A stretch of DNA of 64,000 bases from an uncultured Chloroflexia bacterium (lineage in GTDB: Bacteria; Chloroflexota; Anaerolineae; Anaerolineales; DRKV01): the NCBI GenBank assembly GCA_963824065.1, contig CAWGNX010000001.1, positions 435,825-499,824 of the forward strand. The letters are read 5' to 3'. Positions 1 to 9,857 of this stretch are shown one piece after another. Under the pieces are notes generated by a model. It saw nothing but the letters and a program-made list of their open reading frames with translations, was not told where the DNA came from and did not search any database. Each line of letters starts with the position of its first letter. Within the stretch, counting starts at the first letter, position 1. Made by a program: the position numbers and the translations under genes.

Positions 1-278
1 TCGATCCCGATTGCAACCTGCCGCTTGTCTATGCCTGGACGCATACCGGGGGACCCACGGTAACTTTGAGCGATCCCGCCTCAAGTTCTCCCACTTTTAC
101 TACCCCGGGCGGTCCAGCGGTACGCACAATCTCGCTGGTCGTTTCCGATGCGTTCAATCTGGCCTCCTCACCGGATGAAGTCGTGATCACAGTAAAAGCC
201 CAGGCGGAGGAAGTATTTACTCTTTACTTGCCTGTGAATATTGTCGAACACTGCGATCCACCCATTCCTAACTGTTAA
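1..278 (+). CDS. 3' end of a larger secreted protein with a PKD/Ig-like repeat C-terminus; the 5' part lies outside the window
   Basis: The frame is open from the window edge (phase of nt 3) to TAA at 276-278. The translation ...LVYAWTHTGGPTVTLSDPASSSPTFTTPGGPAVRTISLVVSDAFNLASSPDEVVITVKA resembles PKD-type beta-sandwich repeats. A hairpin terminator follows. Confidence 0.5.
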   Translation, partial: DPDCNLPLVYAWTHTGGPTVTLSDPASSSPTFTTPGGPAVRTISLVVSDAFNLASSPDEVVITVKAQAEEVFTLYLPVNIVEHCDPPIPNC

Positions 279-301
279 GATCAATCGTTCCGATAAATGA
301 T

Positions 302-353
302 AAATTTCCCTCTACAGGTCATGCTGGCCTTTTGGAGGGAAATTTATTTTTCC
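302..353. terminator. Intrinsic terminator hairpin between convergent genes
   Basis: An 11-bp perfect stem AAATTTCCCTC (302-312) / GAGGGAAATTT (335-345) is followed by ATTTTTCC. The upstream flank is also A/T-rich, so it could serve both convergent genes. Confidence 0.6.
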
Positions 354-480
354 GCTGCCTTTGTCTCAACTGTGGATCAGTATGCCAGCGTCGCCAGATG
401 GCTGATCATTGTGGCCGGGTAATGCGGTTGGATGACAGAAATTTGTTCCCGGAACACCTACTGGTGGCTTACGTGCTCAC

Positions 481-1059
481 CTACTGCTGCGCGCCTTCCG
501 CTGGCAGGGTACTCAGATCCTTTGGGGTACACACCCCGTTAGCTGCCACAGTCTGCACAAGGTCATCTTTGGTTTCAACCATCAGGGCACCAGCCAGAGT
601 TCGGTCTCCTAACCGTCCGAAAACCGGGTTCCACTTGGCATGCCGCCCGTCCACCGGTACGACCAGCGTATCCAGATTTTTGTAATACTTGTAAAACGAA
701 TGCACCCTCACCGCAGGCTGGTAGTGAATTTCTACCGTCATCATTTGCGGGTGGGTCTGGTAATCAGCATAGGTTGCCTCCGACATTGTGATGGGATCCC
801 AGCGTTTGCTGCCAGACAGCATCTCGTTCACCGCAGCCGTGACACCGGCAAACGCGCCAGACGCACTGCCCACCTCGATTGTCTCGCCATAACAATTGAC
901 AAATATTTGGGCCGGCTGTTCCTTGAAAAACGGCCAGAACCACAAAGCGTCTTCGGTGCTGAGTGAGATCATCGCATACACAATGATCAAGATGATTACC
1001 AGGACCGATAAGAACAGGTTGCGCAGCGAGGGCTGCTTGCGTTCTTCATACATATACAT
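481..1059 (-). CDS. Hypothetical protein with an N-terminal membrane anchor
   Basis: The ORF is 481..1080. GGAGG lies 6 nt upstream of the internal ATG (MYMYEERK...), so the start is set at 1059. One hydrophobic helix (LFLSVLVIILIIVYAMISL) is present and I recognise no domain. Confidence 0.55.
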   Translation of the reverse strand: MYMYEERKQPSLRNLFLSVLVIILIIVYAMISLSTEDALWFWPFFKEQPAQIFVNCYGETIEVGSASGAFAGVTAAVNEMLSGSKRWDPITMSEATYADYQTHPQMMTVEIHYQPAVRVHSFYKYYKNLDTLVVPVDGRHAKWNPVFGRLGDRTLAGALMVETKDDLVQTVAANGVCTPKDLSTLPAEGAQQ

Positions 1060-1325
1060 GACCATCCTCCTTTGAAACACCTCATGGGCAGAAATCGGAT
1101 CAACCCTGGGTTTAAAATATATTTTATATTATTTAATCATTTTGTCAATTGATTTTCGATATTCTTAATCTATATTCAAATATATTCAATCATTCAATCA
1201 TGTTTTCGCTTGAGATCAGGCATGCCCGGTCCGCCGGTGGTGGTACAATGTCTGCTGCGGTGGTTGCCAGATTTGGTTTGCGCACGATCTGGAGCACCCG
1301 TTTACAATGTCACAGTGGAGCAACG

Positions 1326-2366
1326 ATGGAACAATATCTGCTGCGCGCCCGTAAAGAAGGTACGCCCTTGATCGATGGTGATACCGTCACCTACCTCTGG
1401 CATGGCGAGACCGCGCCAACACTCGTCAATGACTTGTTCGATTGGGAAGACAACCCGGTGGAGATGATTGGGATCGGGCCAGAATTATGGATGTATTCAC
1501 ACGAGCTGCCGCGCAATGCCTACCTGGAATACGCTTTTTGGGATCCGGAAAGCGACCAGCGTTTTGCGGATCCGTATAATCCGCGCCGCACACCGAATGG
1601 GTTTGGCTCTTACAATCACTACTTTTACATGCCTGATGCCAGCCCACACCCACTGACCCGCCGCCAGCGTGAAGTTGCCCGCGGCCAGGTTTTCCGGACT
1701 GAAGTGACCACAGAAGAATATGCGTCGGGATTTAAGAGGCAGATTTACTTGTACCAACCTGCCACGGACGAACCCGTGCCCCTGCTCATTGTTTATGATG
1801 GCAACGACTTCGTGCAGCGCGGCCGGCTGCCGATCGTTGTAGACAATCTGATCGCCCAGGACCGCATCCAACCGATCGCGCTTGCGATGATTGCCAATCA
1901 CAGGCAGGCACGAACGCTGGAATACGCCTGCAGCGAAATTACACTTGGCTTTCTCGCCCAGAAGATCATTCCGCATGCTTACGAACACTTGAATCTGGTC
2001 AGCCTGGATGACGCGCCAGGTTCCTTTGGAATTATGGGCGCTTCGATGAGCGGTCTGATGGCGTTTTACACCGGATTACGCATACCTGAAATTTTTGGGC
2101 GGGTGTTGTGTAATTCCGGTGCGTTTGCCATCCACGAACACGAATTTGTGATCTATGATTTGATCAAATTCTTACCCCTGCCAGATCTCAAATTATGGCT
2201 TGGCGTGGGGATGTTCGAATACCTGATCGACACAAACCGCCGTATGCACCAGCTGCTCGAAATGCGAGATTTCAACCACGAATATTTCGAATACCCAGGT
2301 GCGCATAATTACACATCCTGGCGGAATTCTTACTGGTTGGGATTGGAGTACCTCTTTGGAGATTGA
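1326..2366 (+). CDS. Esterase-family alpha/beta hydrolase (enterochelin-esterase-like)
   Basis: The ORF is 1149..2366, but its first 59 codons lie in a very AT-rich promoter region. An internal ATG at 1326 is preceded by GTGGAG. A GxSxG nucleophile elbow (GASMSGLMA) and overall similarity to the putative-esterase/Fes family support the call. Confidence 0.7.
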   Translation: MEQYLLRARKEGTPLIDGDTVTYLWHGETAPTLVNDLFDWEDNPVEMIGIGPELWMYSHELPRNAYLEYAFWDPESDQRFADPYNPRRTPNGFGSYNHYFYMPDASPHPLTRRQREVARGQVFRTEVTTEEYASGFKRQIYLYQPATDEPVPLLIVYDGNDFVQRGRLPIVVDNLIAQDRIQPIALAMIANHRQARTLEYACSEITLGFLAQKIIPHAYEHLNLVSLDDAPGSFGIMGASMSGLMAFYTGLRIPEIFGRVLCNSGAFAIHEHEFVIYDLIKFLPLPDLKLWLGVGMFEYLIDTNRRMHQLLEMRDFNHEYFEYPGAHNYTSWRNSYWLGLEYLFGD

Positions 2367-2414
2367 TATTGCCCGGCAGCAATCAAGAATTTTCGTACCT
2401 GGGCAGGGCACTCA

Positions 2415-2879
2415 ATGAAATTAGCCACACTGTGCTATGTGCGTGATGCCGGTCGCACGCTGATGATCCACCGTATTAAGAAAACCAACGATATGCATGC
2501 TGGTAAATGGAACGGGCTGGGCGGAAAGCTTGAACCGGGTGAGACTCCGGAAGAATGTGTATGCCGCGAAGTCTTGGAAGAGGCGGGGCTTAATATTGTA
2601 AACCCGCGCCTGCATGGGCTGTTGACATTTCCAAAATTTGCTAATGGGGAAGATTGGTATGCGTTCGTTTTCACCGCTACCGAGTATAGGGGAGAACTAA
2701 TTAATTCTGCTGAGGGCGATTTGGCCTGGATTCCAGATGCAGATCTGTTTGATCTAAACTTGTGGGAAGGCGATCGAATTTTTTTGCCCTGGCTGAGCCA
2801 GGAGAAGTTATTCTCGGGGAAATTCACGTACACAAATGGCAAATTGGTAGCGTATCATGTGGTTTTTCACGAGTTTTAG
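2415..2879 (+). CDS. NUDIX hydrolase (MutT-like)
   Basis: A Nudix box is present: GKWNGLGGKLEPGETPEECVCREVLEEAGL. Confidence 0.85.
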   Translation: MKLATLCYVRDAGRTLMIHRIKKTNDMHAGKWNGLGGKLEPGETPEECVCREVLEEAGLNIVNPRLHGLLTFPKFANGEDWYAFVFTATEYRGELINSAEGDLAWIPDADLFDLNLWEGDRIFLPWLSQEKLFSGKFTYTNGKLVAYHVVFHEF

Positions 2880-3262
2880 TGTTGACCCTGGTAGATCGCG
2901 CCTCATGCTTGCGTTGATTGGCCAGGATATCTGGTAGGATATTTATGGTGGTGAACGGCATTTTGCACTTGAAGCGTATATAAGATACTCAAACATTGGT
3001 GGCATTTCACCACCCCAATCCGGTGTATCCAGTACACATCCTGCTGGTTCCGAAGCAGGTGCTCCCCACTCTCAACAGCCTGGAAGCAGCGCATGCAGGA
3101 CTATTGTATGAAATTGTCGATGCAGCCAGGCAGGTCGCCCACCTGCTTGGCCGGGACCAGGATAGATACCGGCTCATCCTGAATACCTGAAAATTCCAGG
3201 AGTTTCCCCAACTTCACATCCACCTGGTCGCGGACCAATCCCCGGCAACCAACCAGCCATGA
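2879..3262 (+). pseudogene. HIT-family (histidine triad) protein gene inactivated by three in-frame stop codons
   Basis: A single phase runs from GTG 2879 (overlapping the Nudix stop) and reads ...LARISGRIFMVVNGILHLKRI*DTQTLVAFHHPNPVYPVHILLVPKQ...RYRLILNT*KFQEFPQLHIHLVAD... The histidine-triad motif HIHL lies after the last stop. The stops are TGA 2915-2917, TAA 2981-2983 and TGA 3188-3190. Confidence 0.7.
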
Positions 3263-3359
3263 GGCGTTGCCTGAAATCTACCTCTAAATAGGGCGAGTGC
3301 AGTCATTTGATGGTTTTTTTACCTCTATGAATTACTGAATCCAGTGGGGGATTGAGTCT

Positions 3360-3388
3360 CTGACAAATCCGAACAATTGTTCTATAAA
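3360..3388 (+). promoter_or_regulatory. Candidate sigma70-type promoter
   Basis: CTGACA (3360-3365), a 17-nt spacer and TATAAA (3383-3388) lie about 80 nt upstream of the 3470 start. Confidence 0.35.
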
Positions 3389-3469
3389 TAGATCAACATT
3401 GCAATGAACTAAATATTTTCTCAGGTACCTGCACGCCGAAACCTAAAATCTTGTATCCTGGAGGTACAC

Positions 3470-4231
3470 ATGAACTCCCGAGCTTCCGCCGCTTTTCAGC
3501 GGTTCCAGCTTCCACGGGGCCTGCTCTTCGGTGTGCTGATTATCGCTGCGCTTTTAGCATTTGAAATATTCAATTACAGTACAACCGAATTCGCCCTGAC
3601 TGACCTATTAGGTGATTTAAGTTTCGCAGGTATTCGCTGGGCAACAATTCTGGCAATTGCTTTCTGTGGGATCGACTTTGCGGGGATTGCTCGCCTGTTC
3701 ACACCTGAAAAAGGTGCTGATGAGCCTTCTGAAGTCTGGTATTTGTTCGGGGCCTGGCTGCTGGCAGCCGCAATGAATGCCATGCTCACCTGGTGGGGCG
3801 TATCCATTGCCATCTTAAATCACGAAACCCTCGGAAATGCAGTCGTTGAACGCACGACCCTGCTCCGAGTCGTTCCGATCTTTGTCGCAGTGCTGGTATG
3901 GTTGATCCGCGTCCTGATCATTGGCACCTTTTCAGTAGCGGGAGACCGCCTTTTTTCTCAGGCGGAACGCGGCGAGCGTCCAGCAAAGGCACCGGGTACA
4001 GCTCGGAGTCGGTCACCACTCCCGAGCCTGGGATTTAACCCTCGTAAATCAGGAAATTCGGTTAAGGCTTCGACGCCTTCGTTCCGACCTGCTCCCAAAA
4101 ATACAAGCCAAGATAACGATCTCAATCGGACAGAACCAGCATTTACACGCCCAGAACCAACCTACCATCCTCTCTCGATGAGTGCTACACCTAAGAACAA
4201 CTCGAATTCAATCGGTCGCATCCGCAGCTAG
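3470..4231 (+). CDS. Hypothetical polytopic membrane protein with a basic/Pro-rich C-terminal tail
   Basis: GGAGG lies 6 nt upstream of the ATG. There are four or five hydrophobic segments and I recognise no domain. Confidence 0.6.
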   Translation: MNSRASAAFQRFQLPRGLLFGVLIIAALLAFEIFNYSTTEFALTDLLGDLSFAGIRWATILAIAFCGIDFAGIARLFTPEKGADEPSEVWYLFGAWLLAAAMNAMLTWWGVSIAILNHETLGNAVVERTTLLRVVPIFVAVLVWLIRVLIIGTFSVAGDRLFSQAERGERPAKAPGTARSRSPLPSLGFNPRKSGNSVKASTPSFRPAPKNTSQDNDLNRTEPAFTRPEPTYHPLSMSATPKNNSNSIGRIRS

Positions 4232-4262
4232 ATTTTTACCTGAACCGAGGAGAGTCAGAGTG

Positions 4263-5054
4263 ATGCAAGTTGCCTGGGAGGACGATGACCTTTACATCGA
4301 AGATGAATATTGGGATGAGCAGGCCGCCCCCGAACTTGAAAACGGAGGCTGCCTGCTCGGAGCCTTACCGCTGGTCGCAGTCGTTGCCGTTAGCTGTTTG
4401 CTTGCATTCCTGGCGCTAAATTGGACTTCCCCGGTGGTAGCGATCTCAATCAATTCCTCCGGCGAATATGTACAGGCTGAGCAGGAAGTAATCCAGTCCG
4501 CATCGAACGCTGCCGATGAACCTGTTGCCGACTCCGGTAATGCTTCGACTGGTAAACTCGCGCAACTTTTTACACCCGAAGTTTTATATTGGGAAGATGC
4601 AATCGTCAAGTGGGCACAGAAAAACGATTTGGACCCGAATCTGGTGGCAACGGTGATGCAAATCGAATCCTGCGGCGATCCATATGCAGAATCAAATGCC
4701 GGTGCGAAAGGTTTATTCCAGGTGATGCCATATCATTTTGCCGCTGGTGAGGACCCATTCGATCCTGCGACGAATGCCACCCGGGGAATGGCTTATCTTG
4801 CCAATGCTCTGTCGGCACGGAATTCTGATGCTCGGCTGGCCTTAGCAAGTTATAACGGTGGGATCACTGGGGCATCTCGACCCGAATCGCAATGGGCTGC
4901 TGAAACGCAGCGCTATGCTCATTGGGGTGGCGGTATTTATGCAGATGCCGTCAAGGGTAAGAAGAGCAGCAGCCGCTTGCAAGAATGGCTTTCTGCCGGT
5001 GGATCTGGATTGTGCACCCAGGCAAGCCAACGTCTGGGTATTTCAGGGAATTAA
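4263..5054 (+). CDS. Lytic transglycosylase (SLT domain), membrane anchored
   Basis: SLT catalytic region [29 protein letters not shown] is present. The start is set at ATG 4263, after GAGGAG, rather than at the overlapping ORF start 4182. Confidence 0.8.
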   Translation: MQVAWEDDDLYIEDEYWDEQAAPELENGGCLLGALPLVAVVAVSCLLAFLALNWTSPVVAISINSSGEYVQAEQEVIQSASNAADEPVADSGNASTGKLAQLFTPEVLYWEDAIVKWAQKNDLDPNLVATVMQIESCGDPYAESNAGAKGLFQVMPYHFAAGEDPFDPATNATRGMAYLANALSARNSDARLALASYNGGITGASRPESQWAAETQRYAHWGGGIYADAVKGKKSSSRLQEWLSAGGSGLCTQASQRLGISGN

Positions 5055-6445
5055 TCTCTTACAGTTTTCTCACAATCTCCTTTAGACAAAGGCAGCCATA
5101 CGGTGAATGTTGTGCCTTCATCTATCTTCGATTTGACATCAATCCGTCCTTCATGATTGCGGACAATCCAGTACGCGATCGATAATCCCAATCCAAAGCC
5201 CTGACCATCCCTGGATCGCGTCCTTGATTTTTCTCCACGGTAAAACCGTTCAAAAATATGCGGTAGATCTTCTGCAGCAATCCCTGGTCCAGAATCTTTA
5301 ATACGGATCCAGGCCTGATCTTCGCTCTTACCAATCCCCAGGACCACCTCGCCTCCAATTGGGGTATAGCGGATGGCATTACTGACCAGATTTACCAGCA
5401 CCTGCTTTATCCGGTCCCGATCACCGCACACCAATACCTGGTCCAGATCACCCAGTTTAACATTAACCTGATCTTTCGCAAGCACCTTCATTTGCTGCAG
5501 GACTTCCAACGCCAGGGTATCTATTTCCACCAAACGCCAATCGAGAGGCATTTTTCCTGATTCAGCTTGCGAAAGCAATAACAAATCTCCCGCCAGACGG
5601 GTCAGCCGATCCGCTTCACTTTCGATGCTTTCCAACAACTCAGGGTCACCTTCGCCCATTTTGCGCATCAAGCCAGCATTTCCCTTGATCACCGTCAATG
5701 GTGTTCGCAGCTCGTGCCCGACATCCGTCAAAAACCTGCGCTGGGTATTAAACAGCTGTTCGAGTCTTCCCAGTGTAAGATTAAATGCAGTGATCAGCTG
5801 GCCAATTTCATCTTCTTGTGAGAGGCCGTGACTTGGTATCCGACGTGAGAGGTCATCGGCGCGAGTAATTTGGAGTGCGGTTTGGGTGACTGCCTCCAGG
5901 GGAATAAGCACCTGATGGGTGCTGAACCACGCTGCAACAGCTGCCAGGCTCATCGAAATAACCACCCCCACGAGCAAAACAACCAGCAGCACCTGCTGCG
6001 CGCTGTCAACAATCGCCAGCCCGGTCCCCACCTGCACAGTCCCCAACTGGAAATCACCAACCAGGATTGGGGTGGTCAATACTCTGAGGTGGTTGTCTCC
6101 CACATAAAGGCTCGAATAGCGGGGCGATCCGGCACGGGTTTGCAGCGGGTCGAGTGCGCGAGGAATATAATTTGGCCAGTAATCTTTCAACTGGCCGTTT
6201 CGATCCCACAGCTGGATGACAACATTGGAAGGCGGGTTAAAAGTATCCGACTGTCTGAATCCCACCTCTCCAGTCGGACCTTCGTTATACAATTCCAGGA
6301 CAGATTGGTAGGCAAAGGCTAACGTTCTATCAATCTGCTCCATCAAGATCGCACTGACCGTCTGGTAAACCGTTAAACCAAACAATAAAAGGATCCCCCC
6401 TACCAGCGAGGTATAGAGGATCGTTAGACGGGTCCGCAGGGACAT
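5051..6445 (-). CDS. Sensor histidine kinase (two TM segments, HAMP, HisKA, HATPase_c)
   Basis: H-box HELRTPL and the N/G boxes ([20 protein letters not shown]) are present. The start overlaps the stop of the upstream response regulator. Confidence 0.9.
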   Translation of the reverse strand: MSLRTRLTILYTSLVGGILLLFGLTVYQTVSAILMEQIDRTLAFAYQSVLELYNEGPTGEVGFRQSDTFNPPSNVVIQLWDRNGQLKDYWPNYIPRALDPLQTRAGSPRYSSLYVGDNHLRVLTTPILVGDFQLGTVQVGTGLAIVDSAQQVLLVVLLVGVVISMSLAAVAAWFSTHQVLIPLEAVTQTALQITRADDLSRRIPSHGLSQEDEIGQLITAFNLTLGRLEQLFNTQRRFLTDVGHELRTPLTVIKGNAGLMRKMGEGDPELLESIESEADRLTRLAGDLLLLSQAESGKMPLDWRLVEIDTLALEVLQQMKVLAKDQVNVKLGDLDQVLVCGDRDRIKQVLVNLVSNAIRYTPIGGEVVLGIGKSEDQAWIRIKDSGPGIAAEDLPHIFERFYRGEKSRTRSRDGQGFGLGLSIAYWIVRNHEGRIDVKSKIDEGTTFTVWLPLSKGDCEKTVRD

Positions 6446-7122
6446 CAGGTTGGTTCTCTAAGCACATACCCCATCCCGCGCACTGTGTGCAGCAAGCGCG
6501 GTTCGTTTTCCATCTCCAATTTTTGGCGGAGGTAGCGAACATAGACCTCAATAATGTTGCTTTCACCGCCAAAATCATAACCCCATACCTGGTCAAAAAT
6601 CACATCGCGGGTCAACACCTGCCGAGGGTGGCGCAAAAATAGTTCCAGAAGCTCATATTCTTTGGCAGTCAGGGAAATTACCCGCTCGCTGCGCATGGCC
6701 TGGCGGGTTCCGGTATCCAACGAAAGGTCACCGAAGCGCAGCACCTGGGGGCGGGCTGGTTGGGCACGCCGCAACAGGGCCCGGATGCGGGCCAGTAGTT
6801 CGTCCAGGTTAAATGGTTTCACCATATAGTCATCGGCACCCATATCGAGGCCCATGACGCGGTCATTGACGGTATCTTTTGCTGTGAGTATCAAAATCGG
6901 GACTGGTCCACCTGCGCGCAGCCTGCGACAAACCTCCAGCCCATCCATTCCTGGTAGCATCAGGTCCAGAACAACCAGGTCAGGTGGATTATCGCGCGCG
7001 AGCGACAGGCCTGTCGGCCCATCTGGCGCAGTATCGACGGTATATCCTTCGTAGGCCAATCCCCGGCGGAGGAATTTTAAAATCCCCTCATCATCTTCGA
7101 TCACCAAGACGCGTGCGCTCAT
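6445..7122 (-). CDS. OmpR/PhoB-family response regulator
   Basis: The receiver domain (VLVIEDD...[14 protein letters not shown]...LTAKD) is followed by a winged-helix C-terminus ([12 protein letters not shown]...VRGMGY). AGGAGGTG precedes the ATG at 7122. Confidence 0.9.
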   Translation of the reverse strand: MSARVLVIEDDEGILKFLRRGLAYEGYTVDTAPDGPTGLSLARDNPPDLVVLDLMLPGMDGLEVCRRLRAGGPVPILILTAKDTVNDRVMGLDMGADDYMVKPFNLDELLARIRALLRRAQPARPQVLRFGDLSLDTGTRQAMRSERVISLTAKEYELLELFLRHPRQVLTRDVIFDQVWGYDFGGESNIIEVYVRYLRQKLEMENEPRLLHTVRGMGYVLREPT

Positions 7123-7308
7123 TGCCACCTCCTGCATCTGATATTACCACAGGCTATGAAAACGAAAAAGTACCCACCAGGGTTGGTTCACCGGGTCTCA
7201 CAAGGTGGAGTCAATGCTTTCGCAGTCCCCATGCGAGCGAATCGGTTTTAGCAGCACCAACCGCGTTGGCTTTATGGGCAAGATCAGAAATTCCGCAGCG
7301 GATACGCC

Positions 7309-7339
7309 AATAAGGCCGCTCGGTGTGAGCGGCCTTATT
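7309..7339 (-). terminator. Hairpin downstream of rplL (probable terminator, weak U-tract)
   Basis: A 12-bp perfect stem AATAAGGCCGCT / AGCGGCCTTATT with a 7-nt loop lies 19 nt past the rplL stop. Confidence 0.5.
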
Positions 7340-7357
7340 GGTCAGCTCTGCAGGTGA

Positions 7358-7738
7358 TTAAGTAAGCTCGACAACGGCGCCAGCGGCTTCCAATTTGCTC
7401 TTGGCATCGTTGGCAGTTTCCTTACCAACACCTTCCACCACCTTGGCTCCTACAGTCTCGGCCATATCTTTGGCTTCTTTCAGCCCCAGGTTGGTGAGCT
7501 GGCGGATTGCCTTAATGACCTCAATCTTTTTGGGGCCGGCATCCTTGATAACCACATCGAACTCGGTCTTTTCTTCGACCGGTTCTTCAGCGGCGGCAGC
7601 GCTCGGCATAGCAGCCATGGCAGCTACCGGTGCGGCAGCGGATACACCCCATTTTTCCTCGAGAGCTTTGACAAGCTCAGCCGCCTCAAGGACGGTCAGA
7701 GAGCTGAGTTGCTCAACCATTTTTTCTAGATCAGCCAT
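7358..7738 (-). CDS. rplL: 50S ribosomal protein L7/L12
   Basis: Typical L7/L12 sequence with an Ala-rich hinge and the C-terminal segment [16 protein letters not shown]. Confidence 0.95.
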   Translation of the reverse strand: MADLEKMVEQLSSLTVLEAAELVKALEEKWGVSAAAPVAAMAAMPSAAAAEEPVEEKTEFDVVIKDAGPKKIEVIKAIRQLTNLGLKEAKDMAETVGAKVVEGVGKETANDAKSKLEAAGAVVELT

Positions 7739-7834
7739 TTTAAATTATCTCCTTTATAAATAACCAAACGTGTCTTGGCACGTTGATTGAATAGTTTGCC
7801 CGTTCAAACGGATGGACGGGGTTGGTGCCCAGAC

Positions 7835-8371
7835 CTAACCAGCCGCCTGAGTTGTACCTTGATCTGCGTACGCTTTGACGACTGCCGCGACCTGTCGCCC
7901 AGGTTCCGCCAGCACGCGTACCAGCCGGCTGGCAGGCGCCATGATGGTTCCCAGTAGTTGGGCCCGCAGCACCGGCAGAGGCGGCAGGTCAGCCAAGGCT
8001 TTGACTTCGTCTGCGCTGATTACCTTATCCCCGAGAACACCCGCTTTGACTTTGACAAAATCGGACGTCTTGGCAAAATCGGTAATCGCTTTCGCTAAAT
8101 CAGGTGCGTTTGTAAATGCATAGCTGATGGCGGTGCTGTTTGTCAGCGCATCCTCCGGCAGTTTGAAGCCGGCTTCCTCAAAAGCCAGTTTACCGAGCGT
8201 ATTTTTGATGACATGCATCTCACCGCCGGCATCCCGGATTTTTAGGCGCAGCTGTTCTAGATCTTTCGCATTCAGACCGATATATTCTGTCAGCACAACG
8301 GCCTTGCTCTGAGCCAGCCATTGCTTCTGCTGTTCGATCATCTCAACTTTACGCTTCTTCGTAATAGCCAA
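7835..8371 (-). CDS. rplJ: 50S ribosomal protein L10
   Basis: L10 family sequence with a TTG start preceded by AAGGAGGTGA, positioned between rplA and rplL. Confidence 0.95.
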   Translation of the reverse strand: MAITKKRKVEMIEQQKQWLAQSKAVVLTEYIGLNAKDLEQLRLKIRDAGGEMHVIKNTLGKLAFEEAGFKLPEDALTNSTAISYAFTNAPDLAKAITDFAKTSDFVKVKAGVLGDKVISADEVKALADLPPLPVLRAQLLGTIMAPASRLVRVLAEPGRQVAAVVKAYADQGTTQAAG

Positions 8372-8577
8372 TGGACAATCACCTCCTTTTCGAAAATAAA
8401 AGTCTTTGCCCGCCAGAGACAGCAGGCAAAGACTCAGTGTGCCTTATCCGGAAACCGGATTTCAACTCAGGTCTTTCACCTCGGCAGGAGATTAAGCCCC
8501 GGACGGGCGCCTGCTGTCTCTGGCGAAACCAACTCCGCTGTGCATGCAGCGGTAGTTTATTTGGATTTATGGAAAGA
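8372..8577 (-). promoter_or_regulatory. rplJ 5' leader with alternative terminator/antiterminator structures (candidate L10-leader-type attenuator)
   Basis: On the minus strand, a terminator-like hairpin AGTCTTTGCC(14-nt loop)GGCAAAGACT followed by TTTTATTTT occupies 8393-8434. The hairpin loop plus part of its 5' arm (8411-8427) is perfectly complementary over 17 nt to an upstream segment (8509-8525). Confidence 0.55.
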
Positions 8578-9297
8578 TTATTCTTTACTCTCCATGCTTT
8601 GGGCCTGGACAGGATCGACTTTGATTCCAGGTCCCATGGTTGTGGTTAAAGTCACCCGGCGAATATACGTGCCTTTAGCCGCCGGCGGGCGCGCCTTCCG
8701 TACAGCTTCCATCAGCGAAGCCATATTAGCATAGAGTTTAGTCTCATCGAAAGATGCCTTGCCGATGATCACGTGCAGGTTCGATGTCTTATCCACCCGG
8801 AACTCTACGCGACCGGCTTTGGTTTCTTCGATTACACGCGGGATATCTTCCGCCGGGACTACCGTACCCGCTTTGGGATTCGGCATCAGGCCGCGCGGGC
8901 CAAGCACACGCCCCAGGCGCCCAACTTTGCCCATCATATCTGGTGTGGCGATAGACACATCAAATTCCGTCCAGCCGTCCTGGATTTTCTTGAGGGTTTC
9001 GTCATCGTCGGCGACGTGATCGGCACCAGCCTGGCGCGCCAGCGTTGCACCTTCACCTTGTGCGAAGACCATAATGCGCACCGTCTTACCGGTGCCGTGC
9101 GGAAGCACAACCACATCTCGCACCTGCTGGTCAGCGTGCCGTGGATCGACCCCCAGGCGCATGTGAATTTCAACCGTCGAATCGAAGGTTGTTGTCGTAA
9201 TCTCCTTGGCTAATGCCAGGGCTTCTGCGGGCGCATACAGCTTGTTCTCATCAATTTTAGCTGCTGCAGCCCGGTATTTCTTTCCGTGTCTGGCCAT
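8578..9297 (-). CDS. rplA: 50S ribosomal protein L1
   Basis: L1 family sequence. The start is set at MARHGKKYR (ATG 9297), which is preceded by AAGGAG. Confidence 0.95.
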   Translation of the reverse strand: MARHGKKYRAAAAKIDENKLYAPAEALALAKEITTTTFDSTVEIHMRLGVDPRHADQQVRDVVVLPHGTGKTVRIMVFAQGEGATLARQAGADHVADDDETLKKIQDGWTEFDVSIATPDMMGKVGRLGRVLGPRGLMPNPKAGTVVPAEDIPRVIEETKAGRVEFRVDKTSNLHVIIGKASFDETKLYANMASLMEAVRKARPPAAKGTYIRRVTLTTTMGPGIKVDPVQAQSMESKE

Positions 9298-9354
9298 GTT
9301 TTCTCCTTCGTGGTGCAAGCGAGCAGGTGTTCCACCTGCCCTCCCACCAGGCTA

Positions 9355-9780
9355 TTAATCGATAACATCCAAACCCATGTTGCGGGCCGTGCCTTCGATC
9401 TGGCGCATGGCGCCTTCAATATCGATGGCGTTCAGATCTTTCATCTTGGTCTCAGCGATTTCCCGTACCTGAGCCCGGGTAACCTTCCCAATCTTTTCCC
9501 GATTCGGTACTGCCGATCCCTTCGGGACGCCGGCAGCTTTCTTCAACAGCTCGGCAGCAGGCGGCGTCTTAAGCACAAACGTAAATGAGCCGTCTGTGAA
9601 AACGCTGATTTCCGCCGGGATAATCTCGCCCATGCGGTTCTGCGTCCGGGCATTGTACTCCTTGCAAAACGCCATCAGGTTGATGCCGTGTCCTGCCAGC
9701 GCCGGACCAATCGGCGGAGCCGGATTAGCTTTGCCCGCATTGATGTTCAACTTCACGATTGCCTTTAATTTCTTTGCCAC
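9355..9780 (-). CDS. rplK: 50S ribosomal protein L11
   Basis: L11 family sequence ([20 protein letters not shown]...) with a GTG start after AAGGAG. Confidence 0.95.
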   Translation of the reverse strand: MAKKLKAIVKLNINAGKANPAPPIGPALAGHGINLMAFCKEYNARTQNRMGEIIPAEISVFTDGSFTFVLKTPPAAELLKKAAGVPKGSAVPNREKIGKVTRAQVREIAETKMKDLNAIDIEGAMRQIEGTARNMGLDVID

Positions 9781-9857
9781 TGTTTCTGTCTCCTTTGTGG
9801 TGTATGCGGGCGTGTTTCAGCGCCCTCCCACGTTGCTTGAACCCATGCTGGGTTCGC

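Noticed and set aside
2915-3190. Stop-codon reassignment (TGA read as Gly or Trp) as the explanation for the interrupted HIT gene
   Set aside because: One of the three internal stops is TAA. TGA clearly terminates many well-defined genes in the window, such as hutU (22548-22550), rnhA and several others. No other gene shows in-frame TGA codons.
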